Source: Euglena gracilis
Taxonomy: Eukaryota
Direction: 5' to 3'
DNA: 53,718 nt
Assembly (NCBI GenBank): GCA_039621445.1
Contig: CP154954.1
Location: forward strand, 34,755,737 to 34,809,454
Position 1 is the first letter of the stretch, and every line of letters starts with the position of its first letter. Position numbers and translations under genes: made by a program. Positions 33,989 through 44,595 of this stretch are shown piece by piece. The notes under the pieces are model-generated. The model had not been told where the DNA came from. It was given only the letters and a program-made list of their open reading frames with translations, and searched no databases.

Positions 33989-34002
33989 GAATGATGAGGC
34001 CC

Positions 34003-34480
34003 AATTAGGAAGTCCTTCCGCCCGCGATCGCCGCGGATGTGGTTGGGCGAACCGAATCCACCGACCAGTGGCGCAGCCTACTGGATTTGAAGTGTACGGG
34101 GAAGGCTATGCACAGATGGGGAGACCCCATGCATAAGGACAAGGCAGAGGGTGTCATCCGGTTCCCAGGAAACCCGGAAGGGCGAAGGGTGGGTAGCATT
34201 ACGTGTCGTGAGGGGCTGGCCGAGGGGGCAGAAACAGGGTAGGAACGTGCAGTAACACAGGGGGAAGGACGGTGGCGTTCGATCTGGAGAGGGAAGGATG
34301 GGGGAATGGTGGGGAGTACTGGGCCCAGGCTAGGAGATGAGAGAGATAAGATAAAATAGGCAAAACCAAATATATGGTGGTGGGGCGAACCGAATCCACC
34401 GACCAGTGGCGCAACCTACTGGATTTCGGGTGTTCTGAGGGGAAGGCTAAAGTACAGATGGGGAAACTCTATGGAAAGTA
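34003..34480 (-). repeat. Two tandem 3'-end stubs of CRE family B
   Basis: 52-nt motif at 34039-34088 and 34376-34426, each with the GGCTA..CAGATGGG UTR block. Confidence 0.75.
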
Positions 34481-34847
34481 TGCAAATAGGCAAAACCACG
34501 ATGGACAACCTGATTAGCCAATGCAAACCACGAGACCCGAGACAACCAAGGGATGCACGATCCAACTGTCTATTCAGAATGTGGCAATTTTCCATGTTTG
34601 CAAAAATCCGAAGAAACGTGACCCCCCCTCCCTATATGGCACCCCCTGGGAGCGTTTTGACCCCCTGGCGACAATTGGGGGGGGTGACAATTAGGGGGGT
34701 TGCTCAATTTACCCCACATGTCCATGGGTCCATGGGTGACCCTCTAATTGTCGCCCCCCAAGACAAAATAGGGGTGTCACGTCAGCTGTGGCGGGGGGGG
34801 GGGCAAACGGGGGCTTTAAAACTACCACACACAGAATAAATCCGATA

Positions 34848-35218
34848 CCATGCCCCCCCCCCCCCCGAGCTATTCCCGTCCCCGGGACCCTTTACGGCCC
34901 AATGGGAACCTAAGGGGGGGGGGGGGAACAGTGTGGGGGGGGGGGGGGACCTAGGTCCCCCCCCCGAGCTATTCCCATACCCGACCCTCGGGCAACCCAA
35001 AAGGGGTCATTTTTGGCAACTTTTTGGATGTTCGCAAAAAATGGTCAATTTTGAGCACATTTTGCCAAAAGGTGATTTTTGAAAATGGTCCAAAAACGTC
35101 GATTTTTGACCACTTTCTTAGGAAGTTCTTTATAAAAAGTGCTATGACAGTGAGCTATTCCCGTACCCCCAATGGGAATAGCTCGGGGGGGGGGAATAGC
35201 TCGGGGGGGGGGGGATGG
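34848..35218. mobile_element. TA-TSD MITE, GAGCTATTCC family
   Basis: TA|CCATGCCCC...GGGGATGG|TA; homologs at 46619-46989 and ~42195-42545. Confidence 0.85.
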
Positions 35219-36597
35219 TAAACCGCCCCACTGGCCGCCAAATCTACAGCTTGCCCAGTTGCACCCTGTCCGCCGAGCACTGATATCAAAGGGGGATTGC
35301 GCGCTTACGAAACGGTCCGGCAGCGAAGGTATTTTGTCATTGGGGGGGGTGCAAGGGGGGGGGGTAAGCCCCCCGCCACTGCTAGCCGACCAAGGGCGCC
35401 GAAGGCGCCCTTCGACAATGGGTGTCTGATTGCGCATGCTCACCAAACGGTCCGGCAGCGAAGGGATTTTGTTATTGGGGGCGGGGGGGGTGCGGGGGCG
35501 CGGGGGTTAAACAAAAACCAAATCTCCGTGTTTTTTCCCATGCTCTGCTCTTTTGTCAGTTCTGCCATGTCAGTGCCTCAGGGGTGCCTGTTGCCTTTGG
35601 ATACAGTTATTTCTGCAATCATTCCATCACGGTGTGAACTGGACTTATTTTCTCAGGATCCCACCGGGGGGGGGGGTAGTGCGGAATATTGCGGGTTGGC
35701 CCGACCCAAACTGGTTGGTAAGCTATATGCAGTGGTCGGGCTGACCAGGACCAGGTCGGCCCGATCCGCAATTTGGTCATCCGCGATTTTCCACACGGAA
35801 CCCAAAAAAATGCCATTGGAAGTCAAAATTTCAACGAGAAAAAATGTCAGTAAAATTTGACTGTGCCAAAATTTGGTCCACTTTTTTGACCTTCGTTTTT
35901 TTTTCACCCGCCTACTAAAAAAACTACCAATTTTCAACCCTGAGAAATTTTTGAGATTTTTTTGTGAAAAAAAAGTTTGGTTTTCCATCAAAAAATCATG
36001 TGTTTTGGGTTCATTTTTCAAAAAAAAATCGAAATTTTTCTGGCCAAAACCCCCGTTTTCCTGAAATCGTTGAAAATGCTGTGGTGGGTGGGGGGGGGTC
36101 GAACCCCCCCACCTCCCGGGTGGGGGGGTCGATCCCCCCCACCAGGCGTTCCCGTTCTGCCCTGCCCCCCCTTACTGTTCCCCCCCTCACTGTTCCCATT
36201 GGGGGGAGGGGAACAGTACTGTGTCAGGGCACTTTTTGTAAAGGATTCTTGGGACACAAGAGAAAAGGGAATTTTTGGATTGGTTTCAGGTGCTCTCAAT
36301 CCCATCAAAGTCCAACCCAATGCCAAAATGATGTTGTGGAGGTGCAATTTTCAAGCACGTGAACCAAAAGAGCTTCATTTTGGCATTTTAGGTGGTCTTT
36401 TGGGTCCAGGTTGGCTAGTTCATGGCCCATGGGAACAGTAGGGGGGGGAGGTGGTCCCCCCCTTACTCATGGACCCAAAAGGGGGCCACAGGACGGGAAC
36501 AGCAAGGGGGGGGGGCATCCAGCCTTGCCCCCTGAACAAGCATTCCCCACTGCTTCCTGCAGGGCTTTTTCTCAAACAAAGACACAGGAGCTCAACA

Positions 36598-36704
36598 ATG
36601 TCAATGTCAAAGAAGTCCAAGATGTTTCAATTCATAAATTGCCGAATCAGGGTGCGAATTCAGGATGATCGTGTGCTTGTTGGAAAGTTCTTGGCATTTG
36701 ACAG
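36598..36704 (+). CDS. SNRPB: First coding exon of small nuclear ribonucleoprotein SmB/B'
   Basis: MSMSKKSKMFQFINCRIRVRIQDDRVLVGKFLAFDR matches the SmB N-terminus and Sm1 motif; ends AG|GTTTGT; upstream TTCCTGCAG at 36562 is a candidate trans-splice acceptor. Confidence 0.85.
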
Positions 36705-37026
36705 GTTTGTTGATGCTCTTCTCTCTTTCAAAGCCGGGGGGGGGGGAGGGAGTGCCAAGGTCGGATATTTTGCATTTTTTTGGCACTCTTTGCTGTACTG
36801 CATCGAGACGTCCAGATTTGCTCCTTTGGATTTCAAAATCACTCCAGGCCAAAATGTTGCCAAGTTTCTGCAACAATGGGCCAGTATTTTGGCCACTTCC
36901 ACAACGAACATTTTTTTTTTTGGTAGACCCGCTCCATCAATGACAAATTCAGTTTTAAAACCTATTTTCTGGGCCCGACGCCTGTCTTAAAATTCTACTG
37001 ACATTAACGGATTTCAGCCTGAAATT

Positions 37027-37146
37027 GTTTATGTCAGTCGATTTCCATTCAGGCGCCCGTTTATGTCAGTCGATTTCCATTCAGGCGCCCGTTTATGTCA
37101 GTCGATTTCCATTCAGGCGCCCGTTTTATGTCAGTCGATTTCCATT
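37027..37146 (+). repeat. 32-bp tandem repeat GTTTATGTCAGTCGATTTCCATTCAGGCGCCC
   Basis: About 4 units here and about 4 more at 37851-37975. Confidence 0.9.
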
Positions 37147-38017
37147 CCATTGAAATCTGTTGCTAGTCAGATTGGGAATTTTTAGTGACTTTTTGGACAT
37201 TTTGGATTTGCCTTTTTTTCGACATTTTTGGTCCTATGGGGTTGTGGAGGAGTTATGGATCAGACAAAAAACCAAATTTTGTGCCCAGGTGATCACAGCT
37301 GGCTGAACTTTGGATGTAACAGACGGAAGGACGGTATTTAAGATTATTATTTTCTGGATCTTCAGAAAAAGCATTTGGCAAATTTGTCCTGAACCAGTTG
37401 TCATCACTGGTCATCTAAAAGAATAGCTTTCGGGTGAGGATTGATTTGGCAATGTCAAACCTATTTTCTGGGCTCGACGCCTGTATTGCAATTATATTGA
37501 CATCATCGGATTTCGGGCCAAGGCTGTGTTCATAGCAACATGGCTTTGGTCAAAATCTGTGTTTTCTAAAAAAACACAGACTCTGGCCTGGGTCTGTGTT
37601 TCGAAACGCTCAGTCTGCTGTTCGGCCTGAGTCTGCGTTTCGAAACGCAGACTCAGGTCAGAGTCTGCGTTTAAGACGCAGTTCTTGATATAGAGATTGA
37701 AAAAAGAAAAAAGCATTCCGAAAAAGAAAGGCAAAAGGTTGGTCGACATTAACGGGTTTCAGGCTTAAACTGACAATGTCCCAAAACGGAACAAAAAGGC
37801 ATTCAAAAAAGGAAACAAAAGGTTGGTCGATTTCCAAGACATCGGAAACCGTTTATGTCAGTCGATTTCCATTCAGGCGCCCGTTTATGTCAGTCGATTT
37901 CCATTCAGGCGCCCGTTTATGTCGGTCGATTTCCATTCAGGCGCCGTTTATGTCAGTCGATTTCCATTCAGGCGCACGTTAATGGGCAAAAACCACTTTT
38001 TTGACCATATTTCCGTC

Positions 38018-40866
38018 CAGGCGGTTCGGTCGAATGAATATCTGTGTCAAGAACTGTGTTTGGGCCAAGAGTTAGGGGGAGCCCAGGGGCAGGGACCGCG
38101 GCGCCGAAGGCGCCGTGGTCGCCCCTGGGCCCCCTAAAACCTTGGCCCAAAACACTGTTCTTGTTTGAAACCGTGTTTTGGGCGAAGATTTAAGACTTTT
38201 AAAGTCTCGAAATCGGCCCAAACACGGTTTCAAGACAGGCGTCGGGCCCAGACAAAATAGGTTTTAGAAAAATCGACCGACACTAACAGATTCAGCAGGG
38301 GCGCCGGGCGCGAGCGAGCGAAGCGAGCCGCCCGGCGCCCCTGCTGAATCTGTTAGTGTCGGTCGATTTTTGTATAGAAACCGTGTATTGGGGCTCTGGC
38401 TTCACGCCCGAACCGGCATTCTGGACGCCGGTTCGGCCCAGAAATTTTTGCGCCGAACCGGCGTCCAGAACAGGGAATTTCTTAAGCCGGAGGGTACCCT
38501 ACCCCCCCGGGGGGGATCCAGCCAGCCAGCAGCTCAAATCCAGCCAGCAGCCCAAATTCGGGCTGGGAGCCCCCCCCGGGGGGGGTCGAGTGAAATAAAG
38601 TCGGGTCCAGCCCGGCCGGAGGCCGGGCCAGTCGGCCGAAGGCCGGGCCGAAGGCCGTGCCAGCCGGCCGCAGGCTGGCCAGCCAACTGGGCTGCCCAGC
38701 TCACCTATCCCTGCATTTTTTCCCACGGGCTGCCCGAACCGGCGTTCTGGAACACGGCTTCAGAAGAAAAAAGCAGTACGACCAGTTGAAATGTGATTGA
38801 AGGAAAAGAACCCGAAACTCCGTTGTGAGGTCAACACTCACGTGAACAGTGAAATCAGTACAATTCTACTACAAAAAAGGGGTGGCGGACGCCGGTTCTG
38901 TCCTGAACCCGGCGTCCCGGACGCCGGTTCCGTCCGAAGGACGGAACCGGCGTCCGGGGACGCCGGGTTCAGGACAGAACCGGCGTCCGCCACCCCTTGT
39001 TTAAAGCGGCGTTTTAGAGACGCCGGGTTCAGGACAGAACCGGCGTTCACCCCCTTCGGGCCAGGGAGCACTTAGAAGTACGTTCACTAGCGTTCCCCTT
39101 TAGTCCCATGGGGGAACAGCCAAAACGTCCCAAAGCAAATTCTGAAGGAAAAAAAAACAGAGGATTCAAACATAAAATCTCTGAAACTCTAAAAAAGCCA
39201 TGGGGGTTCCAGCCGTATTCCCCAACCGTATTTCTGACAGAAAAAAACCCAGCAGGTCCAGCCAAAATTTCCCAACCGTGATAATAAACCCAGCGAGGTC
39301 CAACCACAGTTTCCCCTCCGTATGTCTGAAACAACCCAGGGGGTCCAGCCAACATTTACCAGCCGCAATTCTGAAAAACGCACGGGGGGTTCCAGCCAGC
39401 ATTTAACAACCGTGTTTCTAAAAAACCCAGGGGGGTCCAGCCAACATTTCCCAACCGTAATTCTAAGAAAAAACCCAGGGGTGGGCAGTCAACATTAAAC
39501 CGAATTTTTGAAATAACCCAGGGCGGGTCCAGCCAAAATTTCCCTGCCGTATGTCTGAAAAAACCCAGGGGGGGGTCCACCCAAAATTCCCAACCGTACT
39601 TCTGAAAAAAACCAGTGGGGTCCAGCCAAAATTTCTGTAATGTGTCTCCTTGCCGGCAATATGTTTTGCCCTGTAATCAGTGCAGCTGTAGCAACCTGTA
39701 TGCCTAGCAATCCTCCCCCCCCACCTCAGAAACTGCAAAACGCTTGCCGTCAGTCATCCATGATATTTTGCACTCAGCAATTGTGCCTTTTATCCCCTTT
39801 CATCCAAGGAGATTTTTGTTTCTGGGGTCACATTGGCACACTTTTTTTTACACAAAATACTGTCCCAAACCGGACGCCGGGTTTTGGACAGAACCGGCGT
39901 TCCTAACGCCGGGTTTTAGGATAGAACCGGCGTCCGGAAAACCCGTGGGGGGGGACGCCGGTTCTGTCCTGAACCCGGCGTCTCAAACGCCGGTTTAATT
40001 CCCAACACAGCACCACAATGGGCTCAAAGAAACAAGAAGTTTGTTTGCACTAATGCCCCACGCAATCAGTCAGTAACTTCGGCGCCCTAATTGACTGCTC
40101 CCCATCCCACTGGACCCCTCCACTCCTGCCCACCCCCCTTGTCAATGACAAGCCAAAATACGGGGAAAGTGCCGTTGACACGGGGGGGGGGGTCATGGAC
40201 ACGCTGTGTCATGTGCATTGTACCAAGGATAATGGTATTTTGGTACGCGGGGGGGGGGTGTCATAGACCAGCTGTGTCTATACAAAAATCGACCGACACT
40301 AACAGATTCAGCAGGGGCGCCAGGCGCGAGCGAGCGAAGCGAGCCGCCCGGCGCCCCTCATAGTTGGCAACCTGTTTTTTTTGGACTCTGTTTTTTTGTT
40401 TTTTTTTAATTCTAACAATGTTTTTTTTTAAAAAAAAACAAAAAAACGCCAACAAGGTTTTGCTCGGAAAATTTTTTGAATGCATATTTTCAATCATTTT
40501 TGGCAAGTTTTGGGGCATTTCTGCCAAATATTTCCTTAAACAAAAAATGAAAAAAGTCCTACAGTTGCATTTTTTTGCATTTTTTGAATGTTTTTGACCA
40601 TTTTTTGGCAATTTTTGAACTTAGTAGGATTCGAAGTATGGTTTGGGTGTTTCATAACGAGTTTTTTCAATGAAATTTTCCTTTTGTTTTTTTGATGTTT
40701 TTTTGGCGTTTTTTCCCAAAAAAAAACACGTTGTTTTGTTTTTTTTTTAAAAAAATGCCAAGTATGGCGCCCCTGCTGAATCTGTTAGTGTCGGTCGATT
40801 TTTCTAAAACCTATTTTGTCTGGGCCCGACAACTGTCTTGATATTCATTCGACCGAACCGCCTGGA
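38018..40866. mobile_element. Nested foldback-type element with internal palindromes and a ~57-bp minisatellite (39180-39630)
   Basis: CAGGCGGTTCGGTCGAATGAATATC and GTCGGGCCCAGACAAAATAGGTTTTAGAAAAATCGACC are matched by inverted copies at 40790-40866. Confidence 0.7.
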
Positions 40867-41359
40867 TGGAAATATGGAATACGGAACGCCAGGTTTTGGA
40901 CAGAACCGGCGTCCGCCACCCCTTGTTTAAACCGGCGTTTTAGAGACGCCGGGTTCAGGACAGAACCGGCGTCCCCACCCTTCGGTCAAAGGACACTCCC
41001 AGGACCAATCTCCGACCACTAATCTGCAATGTCCGCCACTTTGCATTTCATCAAATTCCGGCGATCGCGAGGGTATTTCTGGCCGTGTCAATCGTCCAGG
41101 TACAAAGTCACCCCTCAATCGAAAGCTCTTTTCATCAGACAACTGGCGATCACCACCAAATTCAGCCACGCCGCCTGGAGCTCTTATTTTCTGTCACTGG
41201 GAAATCCTAATTTCACAACTCTGGTGCCCCCCCGGGACCCCTCAGGTGGATGATTCGAAGAGAAAAAACGTTTCTGTAAGGTTAATTAAGCATCTTAAAC
41301 CATAAAATCACTGAAAATTACCACAAATTTCGACTCAGATTCTGGCCGATCCGACGATG

Positions 41360-41798
41360 CCAAACCCTAACAATGCCAAAAGCACTTTGTCAAGCTGGGG
41401 CTGCTCCTCAACAACCTCTTCAACAACCTTTCTGTATTTGGGAACAACACATTGGATGAGCCAATCCAACCCGAAAGCTTCTGGGGCACTTTTCACACCG
41501 GAAAGACGCAACCAACGTTCAAACTCTTTCAAAAGGCTTCAAGGTCCGAACCATCAAACGAAGGCAACAGGACAGGAGGGAGTTTGGATGTCACAGAACT
41601 TTCTTTCAACTCCAAGCTACCCTTGAACTTCTCAATCCACTTCTCCCAAAAAGAGTGGGGTGTGAACGGGGAAACGAGAGGGGTCGACGAGTCCTTGGAC
41701 TCATGGCCGAAGACTCTGAGCTCGAGGTCCTTCAACTTCTCCTCAATGTCCTGTTGTGTGGAATGATGCTCAGGCTCTTCTTCAGGCGGTGGTGACAT
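41360..41798 (-). pseudogene. LTR-retrotransposon Gag-like relic
   Basis: LPSFDGSDLEAF/KEFERWLRL resembles the Gag PxFxG..FxxxFE motif; one frameshift. Confidence 0.5.
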
Positions 41799-41978
41799 CT
41801 AGGACAATGAATTTTGCCATTTGGGGACCAGTGGGGTGGATATCCAAATTTGGTGAAAATTGGCCCAGATTTGGAAATAGAGTACCGTGCAGCGTGGAAA
41901 GATCTGATGAGCACCGCTGGTCGTCTGTTGAAAAGAGCTTTCGATCGAGGGGTAAGTTGGTACCCTAACGTTGCACTC

Positions 41979-44595
41979 ATGGTTGAAACAGTCATACCAG
42001 CACCTTAGGGCCACTTTTGGGCACTTTTGGTGACATTTTTAGGAATGAAAACCGGACGCCGGGTTTTGGACAAAACCGGTGTTCCTAACGCCGGGTTTTA
42101 GGACAGAACCGGCGTCCGTAAAACCCGTGGGGGGGGGACGCCGGTTCTGTCCTGAACCCGGCGTCTCAAACGCCGGTTTAAGGACAAAGGGGAGGGGAGG
42201 TAGCCTCCAAGAAGTAACACAAACAAATTATTTGTTGTGTACACATTGGAATGGACACTTTTTACAAAGAACTTCCAAAAAATGCTCAAAAATCGACGAT
42301 TTTGGTCATTTTCAAAAATCAATTTTGGGTAAATGTGATTAAAATTGACCATTTTTCACACACAAAAAGTTGCCAAAATGACCTCTTTTGGGCTGCCCGA
42401 GGCTTGCGTATGGGAACAACTCGGGGGGGGGGGGCCCAGGTCCCCCCCCCCCCGAGCTGTTCCCCCCGAGCTGTTCCCCCCGTACTGTTCCCATTGGGCT
42501 GTAAAGGTTTCCGGGGACGGGAATACATCGGGGGGGGGGGCATCGTAATGTCATTTTCATGGTAGTGTCATTGCCACAAATGCCCTTATGGAGAACGTGT
42601 TCATGACCACAAATTGCAGGGCAGGCATTTGGCGGGCTCTGAACACGTTTTTAAACAGATTGTGGCTGAGCCCAGATTTCAGCCTGAAAACGTGTTCAGG
42701 CTGAAATCTGGGCTCAGCCACAATTTGTTTAAGCCGGCGTTTGAGACGCCGGGCTCAGGACAGAACCGGCGTCCCCCCCATGGGCTTCCGGACGCCGGTT
42801 CTGTCCTAAAGCCCGGCGTTAGGAACGCCGGTTCTGTCCAAAGCCCGGCGTCCGAATGTGGAGTTTTTTTTCAACCAAAAAAAGGACGATTGCGACCGCA
42901 GCACCGAAAATCTCCTTGTCTGCAGAGGGATGGGAGACAGAAATGCAGCGTGCCAGAATATGATTGATCAGTGGCGGCAGAAGCTGAGTGGTTCTGGAGT
43001 TTCCAGGGGAAGGGGGACGGTATTGCTAGGCATACAAGTTGCCACAGCCGTAGCGATTACGGGGCAAAACGTATTGCCAGTAAGCGAACACATTACGATG
43101 GGGAAACAGAACGGGGTGCACCCTCACAACGAGAGCAACACCAAGGGCCATACCGGGGGGGCATCGCAAGGCCAGCACACGACAGGTGGCGGTACTCGTG
43201 ACACACATCACACATCACTGGGCGTTTGTCCCCACGAGTTTTCAGAGCGAAACCACAAACAGTGCAACTGTCACCCTCCACTTTTACCTCCGTGGTCACC
43301 ACCCGCGCACGGAAGGGAGCGAAGGGGTTGGGGGTGTTGCTGAGGTCGCTGCTGACGGCCGCACCCTCCGCCGCCGGTGGGGCACAGAAGGCGGCGTGGT
43401 TGTAGTCCGACCGGGAGAGGGCGAACATCTGCCGGCGGCACTGGCTCAGGTCGTCGATGGTGAGGTCGTCGGGGTCGACGGGTGGCTGACAAGGGAGGAC
43501 TTGGAAAAGAATTAATCAGTTGTACCACACCCGCTCTGCAGGCAATAGCCTGACAGTGTCAGCCAGCGGAATGCTCGGCAGAGGGTGACGACCGTCTTGC
43601 AAAATCTGGGGCAGTGCAGTGAAAAACGGGAACGCACAACATTGAGGAACCTCAATATCGGAGTCCGAGTCTGGCAGAGCTTCGGGCTCCGACTTGAGCT
43701 CCATCTTCAGTTCGGTTTTCTGCACCTTTGGTGGTGACTGGAGAATTTTGCAACGAAAGAGATGTTGTTTTTTTTTTAAAGAAAACAACCTGAACGGCAA
43801 CGCGGGCGGCCCGGCGAAGCAGGTCATCGCGCCCCGCACGATGGTAGCAATCCACTGTGCGGGGCACAATGCCCACCGCCTTGGCTGCATCGTGGCGTCA
43901 CCGATGGCGTTTGCCAACTTTGTAACAAAGGGACGACGCGCCAGGTCCTTGAAGGTGACGTGCCGGTCCAGCACCTTTGCAGCCCACTCCGCTGCCCCCT
44001 TGAAAGTCGAGTAGGTGGCTGGCTTTGCCCCCTCCCCAGGCTTGCCACCCCCTAGCGGACAACCAAAATGGTGCTTCCCGAGGGGAAGCAGAACCGGCGT
44101 CCGCCACCTCTTTTTTGTAGTAAAAAACGTGTTCAGAGCCCGCCAAATGCCTGCCCTGGAATTCGTGGTCATGATTCACGCAAGGGGTCAAAAACGCGAA
44201 AATGTGAAATTCAGACCCAAAAAACGGCGCCCTAATGGAAAACGAGATGCCTTTACTACAAAAAAGAGGTGTCGGACGCCGGTTCTGTCCAAAGCCCGGC
44301 GTTCCAAACGCCGGTTCCGTCCGAAGGACGAAACCGGCGTTTGGAACGCCAGGCTTTGGACAGAACCGGCGTCCGACACCTCTTTTTTTGTAGTAAAGCC
44401 GGCGTTTGAGACGCCGGGCTCAGGAGAGAACCGGCGTCCCCCCCCCACGGGCTTCCGGACGCCGGTTCTGTCCTAAAGCCCGGCGTTAGGAACGCCGGCT
44501 TTGTCCAAAGCCCAGCGTCCGATTTTCATTCCTAAAAATGTCACCAAAAGTGCCCAAAAGTGGCCCTAAGGTGCTGGTATGAGTGTTTCAACCAT
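41979..44595. mobile_element. 2.6-kb element with ~200-bp TIRs carrying PHD-finger and possible tyrosine recombinase relics
   Basis: 41979-42180 is an inverted copy of 44395-44595; inner inverted pair at 42600-42652 and 44122-44172. Confidence 0.7.
43095..43275 (-). pseudogene. PHD zinc finger fragment
   Basis: CTVC..MCDVC...HLSC..WCCSRC gives the C4HC3 pattern with the conserved W. Confidence 0.8.

Larger units (their letters stand above)
25895..33990 (-). mobile_element. Full-length SL-capped CRE-clade retrotransposon encoding a 2A/MTase/RT/REL polyprotein
   Basis: 12-bp TSD ATGATGAGGCCC (25883-25894 and 33991-34002), spliced leader at the 5' end, complete RT and REL motif set, 52-nt 3' motif. 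Confidence 0.9.

Noticed and set aside
33991-34055. Hammerhead ribozyme (TGATGAG-GCCCAA...TTGGGC-GAAC)
   Set aside because: The core lacks the C of CUGANGA and has GAAC rather than GAAA, stem II is out of register, and the TGATGAG is explained as the TSD.
26242-34088. 52-nt motifs as terminal inverted repeats of the large element
   Set aside because: The plus-strand copies belong to the separate insertion 25975-26467, and the true element ends are set by the 12-bp TSD.
37027-37975. CRISPR-like 32-bp repeats
   Set aside because: The units abut without unique spacers, there are no cas genes and the context is eukaryotic.
41085-41190. YLDD RT-like peptide on the minus strand
   Set aside because: It is flanked by stops, and homologous repeat copies at ~41900 and ~44700 do not keep it.
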